Source: an uncultured delta proteobacterium (GTDB lineage: Bacteria > Desulfobacterota > RBG-13-43-22). Taken from it: a stretch of 64,000 bases of DNA. The position numbers were made by a program, and so were the translations under genes. The DNA lies in the NCBI GenBank assembly GCA_963743305.1, contig CAVUPH010000022.1:32001-96000 (forward strand), given 5' to 3'. Position 1 is the stretch's first letter. Each line of letters starts with the position of its first letter. This document shows positions 39,230-49,724 of this stretch, in pieces. Below the pieces are notes generated by a model that was not told where the DNA came from, ran no database searches, and worked only from the letters and a program-made list of their open reading frames with translations.

Positions 39230-39937
39230 ATGATCTCAGCCGACGAAGTGGTATTCTTGTTTGACGTGGATAACACCCTGCTCGACAACGACCGCGTGCG
39301 AGAGGATCTCAAAAGCCATCTGGAGCGGGGGTTCGGGGCCGCGACCCGGGATCGGTACTGGGCCATCTTTGAAGCGCTGCGCGCCGAGCTTGGCTACACG
39401 GACTACCTGGGCGCCTTACAGCGCTACCGGATCGAGGATCTGTGCGATCCTCGGCTGCTGCGGATGTCTTCATTCCTCGTTGATTATCCGTTTGCCGACC
39501 GACTCTATCCGGGGGCACTCGATGCGCTTAAATACGCTCGCACCTGGGGGAAGACGGTCATTCTGTCCGACGGAGACGTGGTCTTTCAGCCTCGCAAAGT
39601 GGAAAGATCGGGCCTCTGGGCTGCGGTCGAAGGCCGCGTGCTCATTTACATTCACAAAGAGCAGATGCTGGCTGACGTGGAGCGGCACTACCCGGCCGGG
39701 CACTATGTGATGATAGACGATAAGCTGCGTATCCTCACGGTGATGAAAAAGATCTGGAGGGATAAGCTCACTACGGTATTCCCGCGCCAGGGACATTACG
39801 CGCTTGATCCCAAAACCATCGCCTCCTATCCGACGGCTGACCTCACCATCCATCGTATCGGCGATCTGCTCCACTCTGATTTACCCGCCTTACTCGGCGA
39901 CACAAAAGCCGACAGCGCACACCAGGAGGTACCATGA
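39230..39937 (+). CDS. HAD superfamily hydrolase
   Basis: FLFDVDNTLLD motif I, ILSDGD, MIDDK. Confidence 0.88.
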   Translation: MISADEVVFLFDVDNTLLDNDRVREDLKSHLERGFGAATRDRYWAIFEALRAELGYTDYLGALQRYRIEDLCDPRLLRMSSFLVDYPFADRLYPGALDALKYARTWGKTVILSDGDVVFQPRKVERSGLWAAVEGRVLIYIHKEQMLADVERHYPAGHYVMIDDKLRILTVMKKIWRDKLTTVFPRQGHYALDPKTIASYPTADLTIHRIGDLLHSDLPALLGDTKADSAHQEVP

Positions 39938-40158
39938 AAGCGACCCAACGACTCCATAATCTCGGGCAGAGCCTTTGGCTCGACCATATTACCCGTGAGC
40001 TCCTGACCCAAGGGACCCTCCGTCATTATATCGCCGAACTTTCGGTGACGGGGCTCACCTCGAACCCCACGGTCTTCGATCAGGCCATCAAAAATAATGA
40101 CTTCTACGATGAGACCATCCGCCGCGTCCAAGATCAGCGCGCTCGGGAAGCCGACTAA
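39934..40158 (+). pseudogene. tal: Transaldolase fragment (large internal deletion)
   Basis: LGQSLWLD...GLTSNPTVF N-terminus only, about 64 codons. Confidence 0.8.
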
Positions 40159-40173
40159 ATCGGGAGGGAAACG

Positions 40174-41832
40174 ATGATGACCACGAAGCCCACCTCGAAA
40201 TCGCGGTCCTTGACGGAGAAGTTGGCCTGGAAAGCCTTGGGAGAGCATTACCAGCGTCTTCGCCAAGTGCATCTGCGGTCGCTTTTCGCCGATGATCCCC
40301 GACGCGGCGAGCGTCTGGCCGCCGAAGGGGCCGGCCTTTACCTGGACTATTCGAAGAATCGCGTTACCGCTGAGACGATCGGACTCCTCCTCCATCTGGC
40401 CGAGGAGTGCGGATTGCGCCGGCACCTCGAAGACATGTTCCAGGGCCGGAAGATCAATGTTACCGAGAATCGGGCCGTTCTCCACATTGCCTTGCGGGCG
40501 CCTAAGGGCGAGCAAATTCTCGTGGACGGAGTCGATGTGGTGCCCGAGGTGCACGCCGTACTCGAGCGGATGGCCGTCTTCTCAGACCAAGTCCGCAGCG
40601 GTCAGTGGCGGGGATACAGTGGAAAGCGCATCCGCAACGTCATCAACATCGGCATCGGTGGCTCCGATCTGGGCCCGGTCATGGCCTATGAGGCGCTAAA
40701 ACACTATAGTCAGCGAGACCTGACCTTCCGTTTCGTCTCGAACGCGGACAGCACCGACTTCGTAGAAGCCACCCGCGACCTGGACCCCGAAGAAACGCTT
40801 TTTATTATCTCTTCGAAGACCTTCACCACCCTGGAAACGATGACCAACGCCCACACGGCCCGTAGTTGGGCGCTGAAAGCGCTGCACCGGGAAGAGGCTG
40901 TGGCCCGGCATTTCGTGGCGGTCTCCACCAACGCCGAGGCGGTGGCGAAGTTCGGCATCGACACCGCGAACAGGTTCGGATTCTGGGACTGGGTCGGCGG
41001 CCGCTATTCTATGGAGTCAGCCATCGGTCTTTCAACCCTGATAGCCATCGGCCCCGAAAATTTTCGGGCCCTGTTGGCCGGCTTTCGCTCGATGGACGAA
41101 CACTTCCGGACCGCTCCCTTCGAGAAGAACCTGCCCGTCATCCTGGGGCTTCTCTCCGTCTGGTACAGTAACTTCTTTGCCGCGCCGACGGTTGCGGTCC
41201 TGCCTTACGCGCACTATCTCAAACGCTTCCCGGCCTATCTCCAGCAATTGACCATGGAGAGTAACGGCAAGCACGTCACGCAGGACGGCGCGGTCGTCAC
41301 CTATCAAACGGGACCTATCTATTGGGGCGAGCCGGGCACCAACGGCCAGCACTCCTTCTACCAGCTCATCCACCAGGGAACCAGACTGATTCCTTGCGAT
41401 TTCATCGGCTTCTGCCGGACGTTGAACCCGCTGGGTACTCATCACGACCTGTTGATGGCCAACCTTTTTGCTCAGACGGAGGCGCTGGCCTTTGGGAAGA
41501 CCGGGGACCAGCTTAAGGCCGAGGGAACTCCGGACTGGCTGGTACCGCATCGTGTCTGCGAAGGCAATCGTCCGACGAACACTATTCTGGCGGAGCGGCT
41601 GACGCCGGAGACGCTCGGCCAATTGATCGCGCTTTATGAGCACGCGGTCTTCACCCAAGGGGTTATCTGGCACATCGATTCCTTTGACCAGTGGGGCGTC
41701 GAGCTCGGGAAGGTCCTGGCGCAGCGCATTTATCCCGAGCTGGAGGGTGCCGGAAAACCGAAACTTCAGCATGACAGTTCGACCAATGCCCTCATCCGGC
41801 GCTACCGGGGGTTCAACGGCGGCCAATCATGA
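40174..41832 (+). CDS. pgi: Glucose-6-phosphate isomerase
   Basis: [45 protein letters not shown]. Confidence 0.97.
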   Translation: MMTTKPTSKSRSLTEKLAWKALGEHYQRLRQVHLRSLFADDPRRGERLAAEGAGLYLDYSKNRVTAETIGLLLHLAEECGLRRHLEDMFQGRKINVTENRAVLHIALRAPKGEQILVDGVDVVPEVHAVLERMAVFSDQVRSGQWRGYSGKRIRNVINIGIGGSDLGPVMAYEALKHYSQRDLTFRFVSNADSTDFVEATRDLDPEETLFIISSKTFTTLETMTNAHTARSWALKALHREEAVARHFVAVSTNAEAVAKFGIDTANRFGFWDWVGGRYSMESAIGLSTLIAIGPENFRALLAGFRSMDEHFRTAPFEKNLPVILGLLSVWYSNFFAAPTVAVLPYAHYLKRFPAYLQQLTMESNGKHVTQDGAVVTYQTGPIYWGEPGTNGQHSFYQLIHQGTRLIPCDFIGFCRTLNPLGTHHDLLMANLFAQTEALAFGKTGDQLKAEGTPDWLVPHRVCEGNRPTNTILAERLTPETLGQLIALYEHAVFTQGVIWHIDSFDQWGVELGKVLAQRIYPELEGAGKPKLQHDSSTNALIRRYRGFNGGQS

Positions 41833-43050
41833 AAAAGAGCCCTCTGGCCGGAAAGCCGGCTGAACCGGCCATGCTGGTTAACGTGCCCAAACTGATTACG
41901 GCCTATTATACCGACGTCCCTGATCCTTCGGTGCCGGAGCAACGGGTGGCCTTCGGCACTTCGGGGCATCGCGGCTCGTCCTTTCAGAAAGCTTTCAATG
42001 AAGGGCATATTCTCGCCATCAGTCAGGCCATTTGCCTGCACCGCGGGCAGCAGAAGATCGATGGCCCGCTGTTTCTCGGCATGGACACCCATGCCCTTTC
42101 CGTGCCGGCCCTGGCCAGCGCCCTGGAGGTGCTGGCGGCCAACGGGGTGGAAGTCATGGTAGCCGGAAAAGATGAATATACGCCGACCCCGGTCATATCC
42201 CATGCCATTCTCACCTATAACCAAGGTCGCCGGACCGGTTTGGCCGACGGGATTGTTATTACCCCTTCGCATAATCCGCCCCCTGATGGCGGCTTCAAGT
42301 ACAACCCGCCCAACGGCGGACCGGCGGAACGCGCCGTCACCGACTGGATCGAAGCGAAGTCCAACGCCTTTCTGGAGAGCGGCCTGCGGGGGGTGAAGCG
42401 AATTTCCTTCGAAAAAGCCCTGCGCGCCTCCACTACGCACCGTCACGACTACCTTAATACCTACGTTAGCGATCTGGGGCAGATCATCGACCTGGACGCC
42501 GTTCGCGACGCGAAGATCAGTCTGGGGGTGGATCCGCTCGGCGGCGCCGGGGTCCATTACTGGGCGCCGATCGCCGAACGCTACGGGTTGAACCTCACGG
42601 TGGTCAACGAGGCCGTCGACCCGACTTTCCGTTTTATGACGGTGGATTGGGACGGCCAGATCCGCATGGACCCATCCTCGCCTGACGCCATGCAGCGGTT
42701 AATCGGTCTGAAGGATCGCTTCGAAATCGCCTTCGCCTGCGATACCGATCACGACCGGCACGGGATTGTCACCCGGAGCGCGGGACTGCTGCCGCCCAAC
42801 CACTACCTGGCGGTTGCCATCTTCTACCTTTTTCAACACCGACCGAAATGGCCCGCGAAAGCGGCGGTGGGCAAGACGGTGGTGAGCAGCCAAATGATAG
42901 ATCGCGTTACGGCGAAGCTGGGCGGAAGCTCTACGAGTGCCGGGGCTTCAAGTGGTTCGTGGAGGACCTGCTCGACAGCTCGCTGGGTTTCGGCGGCGAG
43001 GAGAGCGCGGGGGCGTCGTTCGTCCGTCGAGACGGCCGCGTCTGGACGAC
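41829..43050 (+). pseudogene. pgm: Phosphoglucomutase, frameshifted near 42925-42945 and truncated after ...RDGRVWTT
   Basis: [37 protein letters not shown] in the next frame; C-terminal domain absent. Confidence 0.8.
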
Positions 43051-43149
43051 GCTTAGAAAAGAATATTGGCAAGCGATAAATGAAAAATTAATACATATTA
43101 GATTTTATTGTAAAGAATCAAAACTCAAAACGATTATCGGACAGGCAAC

Positions 43150-44390
43150 AAAAGAATTCAGAGCAGGATCTGATCCAAGGACTCCAGGTGCATCAGATCG
43201 AACTGGAGATGCAAAATGAAGAACTGCGCCGGACCCAGACGGAGCTGGAAGCTTCGCGGGCCCGCTATTTTGATCTCACAATACGGCGCCGTGGGCTATA
43301 TCACCCTCAGTGAAAAAGGGTTGATCAAGGAGGCCAATCTCACTGTTGCCACCATGTTGGGGGTGGAGAGAAGCGAATTGGTCAACCAGCCATTGTCCCG
43401 CTTTATCCTCCCCGAGGACCAGGACCTCTACTATCTCCATCAAAATCGACTTCTTGAAGCCCCTCGGCCGGCTCAGGACAAGCCGGTGCAACGCAGGTGT
43501 GGGAAATGCGGCTGATTAAAAAAGATGGCGTCCCTTTCTGGACGCGGGCTGGAAGTTGGCGCCGTTCAACAAGGCTATGACTTTGATGGGCCGTTGTGGC
43601 GCGTCATATCAAGCGACATCACCGAGCTCCAGCAGGTGGTAGCGGCGCTCCTGGAATCCGAAAAGGGACTTCGGAAATTGAACGAGCGGATTCTGAATAT
43701 GGTCATGATCCTGTCTCATGATGTCAGGGGGCCGCTGATCTCCATCATATCCATCTTGAAACTCCTGTTTCGAGGCTCCTTCGGAAAGCTGGATCAAAAT
43801 CTGGCCAACACCGTCAAGGACCTTTTGTCCCGCTGCCTGCGCCTGCTGGGGACTGCGGAAGATTATATAGGGAAAGCCTCCATCGTCGACGGCTCAGTGA
43901 AGATGGAACGAGAGGTCTTGGACCTGAGACAGGATATCATTGATACTGTTCTGGAGGAACTGGCTGACGATATCGCTAAGCATGAGATCGTAATCGATAA
44001 TCGTTTAGGAACCATTCCCGCTGGATCTATTGCCATCAGTGCCAGCAAGACCTGGCTCAAAGCCGTCTATCGAAACCTATTCACCAATGCCATCAAGTAT
44101 GGCGGAAGGGGTGTACTATCTCTTTTGGTTTTGAGCCTCATGAATCGCATTACCGTCTGAACGTCTACAACAGCGGAAATCCGGTTCCGGAACCCGATCG
44201 TGGGAAGCTGTTCTCTCGGTTTGAACGGATCGAAAGCGAGGGAAGACCATTCCGGGAGGGTGTCGGTCTTGGGTTGAGCCTCTGTCAGGAAATCATCCTC
44301 GATCACGGCGGAGAGATATGGTATGAAGCCCTGCCCGACGGTTCGAACTTTGTATTTACCATTTCCAAGGAAGAGGTGGTTAAGAGGTAA
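43150..44390 (+). pseudogene. PAS histidine kinase with several frameshifts and unclear start
   Basis: [16 protein letters not shown] and PAS, SHDVRGPL H-box, NLFTNAIKY, GVGLGL, HGGEIW; stop TAA 44390. Confidence 0.75.
43460..43483. repeat. REP-like half element inside the kinase PAS domain
   Basis: CCCCTCGGCCGGCTCAGGACAAGC resembles the 17341-17364 reverse complement and the 38590-38656 arm. Confidence 0.55.
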
Positions 44391-44522
44391 TTAATAACTA
44401 AGCGATATGCCCAGTTTTAGCGCGGTACAGAATTATGAAAAAGTTATTTTATAAGCAGTAAAGTATCCTAGATGGTAATTTAATATATTTGGTTTCGGAT
44501 TGTCCGGGGGAGGGAAGAGAAA

Positions 44523-45261
44523 ATGCAATCCAGTGTAAAAGATCTGAAAGGCTACGCATCGGCGCGACGGATGGTGATATTGGAAAGTTGGATGATTTCT
44601 ATTTGACGACGAATTCTGGACCATCCGATATCTGGTGACCGAAACCGGTAATTGGCTTCTAACTGAAAGGGCTGATCTCGCCCTTCGCGATCATCAAAGC
44701 GGATTTAGCAAAGGAGCGGCTCAATGTGACGCTGACAAAGAAGCAAGTAACTGAGAGCCCCAGCATTGATACTGACAAGCCGGTTTCCCGGCAGCACGAG
44801 GCATATTACCACGACACACTGTTATTCCTATTATTGTAATGGTCTTATTTGTGGGTCCCACGTTCGATCCTCAGATACAAGTCGCCGTTCAAAAACGGAT
44901 TGAAGAGCGTCGGAGAAGCGAGAAAAAGCAAGCGACTTGCACCTGCGCAGCGTTAATAAGTGACCGGCTATCATATCGAGGTGACCGATGGCGTCATCGG
45001 TCATGTCCAAGACTTTATCATTGACCTTGAAACATGGGAATTCGTTATCTGGTTGTGGATACGCAGAATTGGTGGCCGGGCAGGAAGGTGCTGGTCGCGC
45101 CACGGTGGCTCGACCGGGTGAGCTGGAACGATTCCAAGGTATAGAAGCGTATTCCGGAAGGCGATTAAGAACGCACCAAGTATTATTCTGTAGCTCTCAA
45201 CCGGGAGTACGAGGAGAAGCTTTACGATCACTACAAACGGCCGAAATATTGGGACATTTGA
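44523..45261 (+). pseudogene. Degenerate PRC-barrel protein gene (paralog of 48912)
   Basis: Fragments across frames: DLKGY, DGDIGK, WTIRYLV, SPSIDTDKPVSRQHE, IGHVQDFIID, NWWPGRKVLV, LYDHYKRPKYW. Confidence 0.8.
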
Positions 45262-45806
45262 GTTGACCATTAAAACCATCACAGGAAAGTGATAAAAATA
45301 GACCAAGTTCCCGAATTTGGATTTGGTCTACAAATGCGATTGATTGTTTTTGTGGATAATAAAGAGATACTGCCGGTTTACCTGGGCCCGTCTACTACCT
45401 TATAGGCCCTTGGCAAGCAAAACATTTTAGATTTGTCTTTTCCTTAAATTAGGCCCCAATACCCAGCGGTAGTCGGGGGCTTAGGGCTATCCACGGAGAT
45501 AAGGTGGTGTCAAAATGAGCAAAAGCAGAGGAGCCGTGAAGGAGAAACATGAGTAAACAAAACGGCCGGCTACGAACACAGCCTCGCCTATGATGTCGAA
45601 GGATTCGATTCCTGGCGAATTGCTCTACAATGCGCGGTCATGGAATCATGCTCTATGAAGTCTGGCGCAACTGGATCCCGCGCTTTGGGAGTTATTCAAA
45701 ACCTTTTGGGTGTCCTCCAGACGGTCCGAGACTATGTAATGTGTTGATTTATTTTCTTTTCTGATTACCAAGAGGCATTAACATCCAGAGGGGAGGTGTC
45801 ATTGTT

Positions 45807-46364
45807 ATGTTGAAAGGTGTGCTTTGGGGAGTCGCATTAACGCTCGCCGTTACGCTGATCGGCGCTTACTTTTTGGTGGGAAGCGGGCTCATTCCGGCCA
45901 ATGCCGATGCAAAACCCGGTTGGCTGGAAACCTGGATGGCCCGCACTTCGCTAGAGGCGACACTGCGTCGCGAAGCCCCCAAGGGCCAAAATCCGGTGTC
46001 GCTGAACGAGCAGAATCTCCTCAATGGAGTTCATCTTTTCGCGCAGAACTGCGCGGTTTGCCATGGTTCCGCAAAGGGAACGGCGTCGCTATCGCCGCTA
46101 GCGAAGGGTCTTTATCAAAAACCGCCGCAATTGGCGACCGATGGGGTGGAGGACGACCCGGAAGGTGTTTCGTTCTGGAAGATCAAGCACGGTATTCGTC
46201 TGACGGGTATGCCTTCGTTCGGGTCCTCCCTCAGTGACCGGCAGATCTGGACGTTGGCGCTTTTTCTGAAACACATGGACAAGCTGCCGCCCGCGGTTCA
46301 GCAGATTTGGCAGCAAGTCCAGAATTGGCCGATGGCGTCCGTGAACCAGACGGTTCAGAAATAA
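45807..46364 (+). CDS. Membrane-anchored monoheme cytochrome c
   Basis: N-terminal TM, CAVCH, WKIKHGIRLTGMP distal Met. Confidence 0.9.
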   Translation: MLKGVLWGVALTLAVTLIGAYFLVGSGLIPANADAKPGWLETWMARTSLEATLRREAPKGQNPVSLNEQNLLNGVHLFAQNCAVCHGSAKGTASLSPLAKGLYQKPPQLATDGVEDDPEGVSFWKIKHGIRLTGMPSFGSSLSDRQIWTLALFLKHMDKLPPAVQQIWQQVQNWPMASVNQTVQK

Positions 46365-46520
46365 CCTTTTCGACGCCTCCTGCGGTGAATCCCGAGTGAT
46401 GGCTCACGTACGCCGTAAACACTTGCCAGTCAGCAATTCGGGCTTTTACCGGTGCGGGCTTCACCATGGCCGTTACGGCGGTCATCGGGCTCTTGCCTGG
46501 ACTTCTCGTGGTGGGCTGAC

Positions 46521-47486
46521 ATGACAGTGGGTCGACCAAAAACTCTCGCCCGTTGGGTTTCGTGGTTCTTTGGACTGGGCCTTCTGGTCGGTGTGGTGCT
46601 GTTGGCGACACATTACAGCCAGGAGATGGCCTTCGCCCAACTCCTGCTCCAAGTTCGGCCTGCTTGGCTGCTCATCGCCTTCTTGTTCCAGGGGGGAACT
46701 TACCTAACGGACGCCCTGATCTGGCAACGAGTCCTTAACCACGCGAATATATTGAGGCCGCTCCGTTCCTATGTCGGTTTGGCGCTGGCGAAGCTCTTCA
46801 TGGACCAGGCCATTCCTAGCGTTGGCCTGAGCGGCACGTTGCTGGTCATCCGGGCCCTGGACCGCCGCGGCGTGCCGAGAGGCGCCAGCATGGCCGCGGT
46901 CGTCATCGATCTCGTGAGCTACTACACCGCCTACGTTCTGGCTCTGGGTATCGCCCTCGGCATCGTTTGGGCACACGGAGACCTCACCCCGTTGATGGCC
47001 TTGCCGGCGGGCGTTTTCGCGCCCTTGGCAGCAGCCGTTCCCATAGCCCTCCTGTGGGTGAGCCGCGGCCGGACGCTGCCCGGTTGGCTCGAACGGTTAC
47101 CTTTTATCCGGCCGGCACTTCAAGCGCTTGGTGAGGCGACGCCTGCCATTGCGCACGATGTCTCGCTCATTACGCGCTGCACTGGCCTCCAGCTCGCGAT
47201 CATCGCGCTCGATGCGGGGACACTCTGGGTCATGCTGTGGGCCCTCGGCCTTGAGGTCGATCCAGCGCCGGTCTTTGCGAGTTTCATGCTCTCGACGCTG
47301 GCGCGGACGCTGGGAGTGGTTCCTGGAGGGCTTGGGGTTTTCGAGGCCGTCTCCGTGACCACGCTCAAGCTCATCGGAGTGCCGGTCGCCGCCGGTCTCG
47401 CGGCGACACTCCTCTTCCGTTTCTTCACCTTCTGGCTGCCCATGGCGCCCGGACTGATCCTCGCGCGACGTGAGGCGAGGGCCTGA
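46521..47486 (+). CDS. Lysylphosphatidylglycerol synthase TM region (UPF0104) protein
   Basis: Multi-TM; PGGLGVFEA and LLFRFFTFWLP motifs. Confidence 0.85.
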   Translation: MTVGRPKTLARWVSWFFGLGLLVGVVLLATHYSQEMAFAQLLLQVRPAWLLIAFLFQGGTYLTDALIWQRVLNHANILRPLRSYVGLALAKLFMDQAIPSVGLSGTLLVIRALDRRGVPRGASMAAVVIDLVSYYTAYVLALGIALGIVWAHGDLTPLMALPAGVFAPLAAAVPIALLWVSRGRTLPGWLERLPFIRPALQALGEATPAIAHDVSLITRCTGLQLAIIALDAGTLWVMLWALGLEVDPAPVFASFMLSTLARTLGVVPGGLGVFEAVSVTTLKLIGVPVAAGLAATLLFRFFTFWLPMAPGLILARREARA

Positions 47487-47595
47487 TGACGACCGCACTT
47501 TATTGGTGCGTGCCGTTGCCTGCGTTGGAGAGGAGATGCCAGGCCGAGCGCGGTACCGGCTTTTTTCGAATGGCAAAATGACGAAAAGAGGCATC

Positions 47596-48828
47596 ATGAA
47601 ACCAGATAACCCACGCATCCTGACGATCAATGGCGGCTCGTCGAGCATCAAATTCGCGCTGTTTAAGGCCGGCGGTCCGCTCCGGCGGATTCTGCAGGGC
47701 GGGCTTGAGCGGATTGGACTGCCGGAGGCCATCTTGGGGGTGAAAGGTTTGAATCCGGCGGACAACTTTTCGCGGCCGGTGACGGCGCCGGATTACACGA
47801 CGGCGGTGGGCATTCTGATGGATTGGATCGAGGACCGCAGCGGGCGTGAGGTCTTGATCGCGGTGGGGCATCGCGTGGTGCATGGCGGGCCAAAGTATAG
47901 CCAGCCGCAACGAATCACAACGGAAATGGTGGAGGAGCTTCACCGGCTCAGTCCATTCGATCCTGAGCATCTGCCGGGGGAGATTCTGTTGACCGAAGCC
48001 TTTCAGCGCCGATTACCCGATCTGCCCCAAGTGGCCTGTTTCGACACGGCTTTTCACCATGACCTGCCCCGTATCGCCAGGATCTTGCCGATCCCGAGAC
48101 GATACGAAGCGCAGGGAGTGCGGCGGTACGGGTTTCACGGGTTGTCGTATGCCTTTCTGATGGAAGAACTGGCCCGCCTGACCGGATCGGAAGCGGCCCA
48201 AGGGCGAATCATCCTCGCTCATCTCGGGAATGGCGCGAGCCTGGCCGCGGTGTCTGGTGGGAAAAGCATCGACACCAGCATGGCCTTCACGCCTGCAGCG
48301 GGTCTGGTGATGAGCACCCGCTCCGGTGATTTGGACCCGGGACTGATGTCGTTTATGGCGCGAAGCGAACAGATGTCAGCGGACCAATTTGACCGGATGG
48401 TTAACCACGAATCGGGGCTGCTCGGAGTTTCGGAGACCAGCCCCGACCTGCGCGACTTGCTCGACCTTGAAACGGTAGACGTCCGAGCTGCGGAAGCGGT
48501 CGCGTTGTTCTGCTACCAGGTAAAAAAGTGGATCGGTGCGTTCGCGGCGGCGCTGGGCGGACTGGATACGCTCGTCTTCGCCGGAGGCATCGGCGAAAAC
48601 GCGCCACTCATCCGCGCCCGCATCTGTGAGGGACTGGGCTTCCTCGGCATCGAACTGGATGAGGCGCGCAATGTGGAGGGGGCGGGCGTGATTTCCACGG
48701 ACGCCAGGCGGGCCACGGTTCGCGTCATTCATACGGACGAGGAAGTGATGATTGCGCGCTCGGTGCGCCGCGTTTTGGGACTTGGCCCGGACATTGAAAA
48801 AGAAAATTCCGAACAGGCGGCGAAATAG
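47596..48828 (+). CDS. ackA: Acetate kinase
   Basis: INGGSSSIK, GHRVVHGG, FDTAFH, YGFHG, HLGNGAS, FAGGIGEN, TDEE. Confidence 0.95.
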   Translation: MKPDNPRILTINGGSSSIKFALFKAGGPLRRILQGGLERIGLPEAILGVKGLNPADNFSRPVTAPDYTTAVGILMDWIEDRSGREVLIAVGHRVVHGGPKYSQPQRITTEMVEELHRLSPFDPEHLPGEILLTEAFQRRLPDLPQVACFDTAFHHDLPRIARILPIPRRYEAQGVRRYGFHGLSYAFLMEELARLTGSEAAQGRIILAHLGNGASLAAVSGGKSIDTSMAFTPAAGLVMSTRSGDLDPGLMSFMARSEQMSADQFDRMVNHESGLLGVSETSPDLRDLLDLETVDVRAAEAVALFCYQVKKWIGAFAAALGGLDTLVFAGGIGENAPLIRARICEGLGFLGIELDEARNVEGAGVISTDARRATVRVIHTDEEVMIARSVRRVLGLGPDIEKENSEQAAK

Positions 48829-48911
48829 ATCTCTGGGCTGGATCCGTTTCCGGGAGGCGGTGTCCCCAGAGCGAAGAAAAACGAAAGGCAAAGAATGAAA
48901 GGAGTACGGTT

Positions 48912-49667
48912 ATGCTAATCAAAGCCAAAACACTAAAGGGTTACAAATTGAAGAGTCTTGATGGGGAAATAGGGAAGGTCAATGAATTCTACTTCGATGA
49001 CCATCACTGGACAATTCGCTATCTGGTCGCCGACACGGGGAGGAGCTGGCTCTTGGACAAGCAGGTGCTGATTTCCCCTTATGCGCTGGTCGCCGTGAAC
49101 CAAGAAGAGCGGCACCTATCCATCGATTTGACTAAAAAGCAGATCGAGGACAGTCCCTCCTTGAATAGTGACAAACCCGTTTCGCGACAGTTCGAGGAGG
49201 CCTACTACCGATATTATGGATGGCCGATGTATTGGAACGGCCCAAACATGTGGGGGTCTTATCCCTACCTTGAGCGGGACCCTGAAAAATGGAGAGCCTC
49301 CACCCCGGCGGATAAGGCAGCAGGGGATCCCCATTTGCGCAGCACTCAGGATGTGAGCGGCCATTACCTCCAAGCCGTGGACGGCGAAATTGGCCACGTC
49401 GAGGATTTTATTATCGATGACGATACCTGGGCGATCCGTTACCTGATCATCGATACCCGGAACTGGTGGCCGGGGAAAAAGGTCCTGGTTTCACCGCAGT
49501 GGATCGAGCGCATTAGTTGGCGGGAATCGAAAGTCTTTATCAATCTTACCCGCGAGATCATCAAGCAGTCTCCGGAATACACGGAGGAGTCTCTGCTGAC
49601 CCGGGATTATGAAACCGATCTGCATCGACATTACAATCGCAAGGATACTGGGTCGATGAACCGGTAG
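48912..49667 (+). CDS. Two-domain PRC-barrel protein (probable 1-nt error near C-terminus; likely ...RKGYWVDE)
   Basis: DGEIGKV..FYFDD..WTIRYLV motif repeated twice; AAAGGAG RBS. Confidence 0.9.
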   Translation: MLIKAKTLKGYKLKSLDGEIGKVNEFYFDDHHWTIRYLVADTGRSWLLDKQVLISPYALVAVNQEERHLSIDLTKKQIEDSPSLNSDKPVSRQFEEAYYRYYGWPMYWNGPNMWGSYPYLERDPEKWRASTPADKAAGDPHLRSTQDVSGHYLQAVDGEIGHVEDFIIDDDTWAIRYLIIDTRNWWPGKKVLVSPQWIERISWRESKVFINLTREIIKQSPEYTEESLLTRDYETDLHRHYNRKDTGSMNR

Positions 49668-49724
49668 CCATTGAAAAGGAACCTGATCATGAAAACAAAA
49701 AAGGGGCCTGAAAGGAGCATTGGT

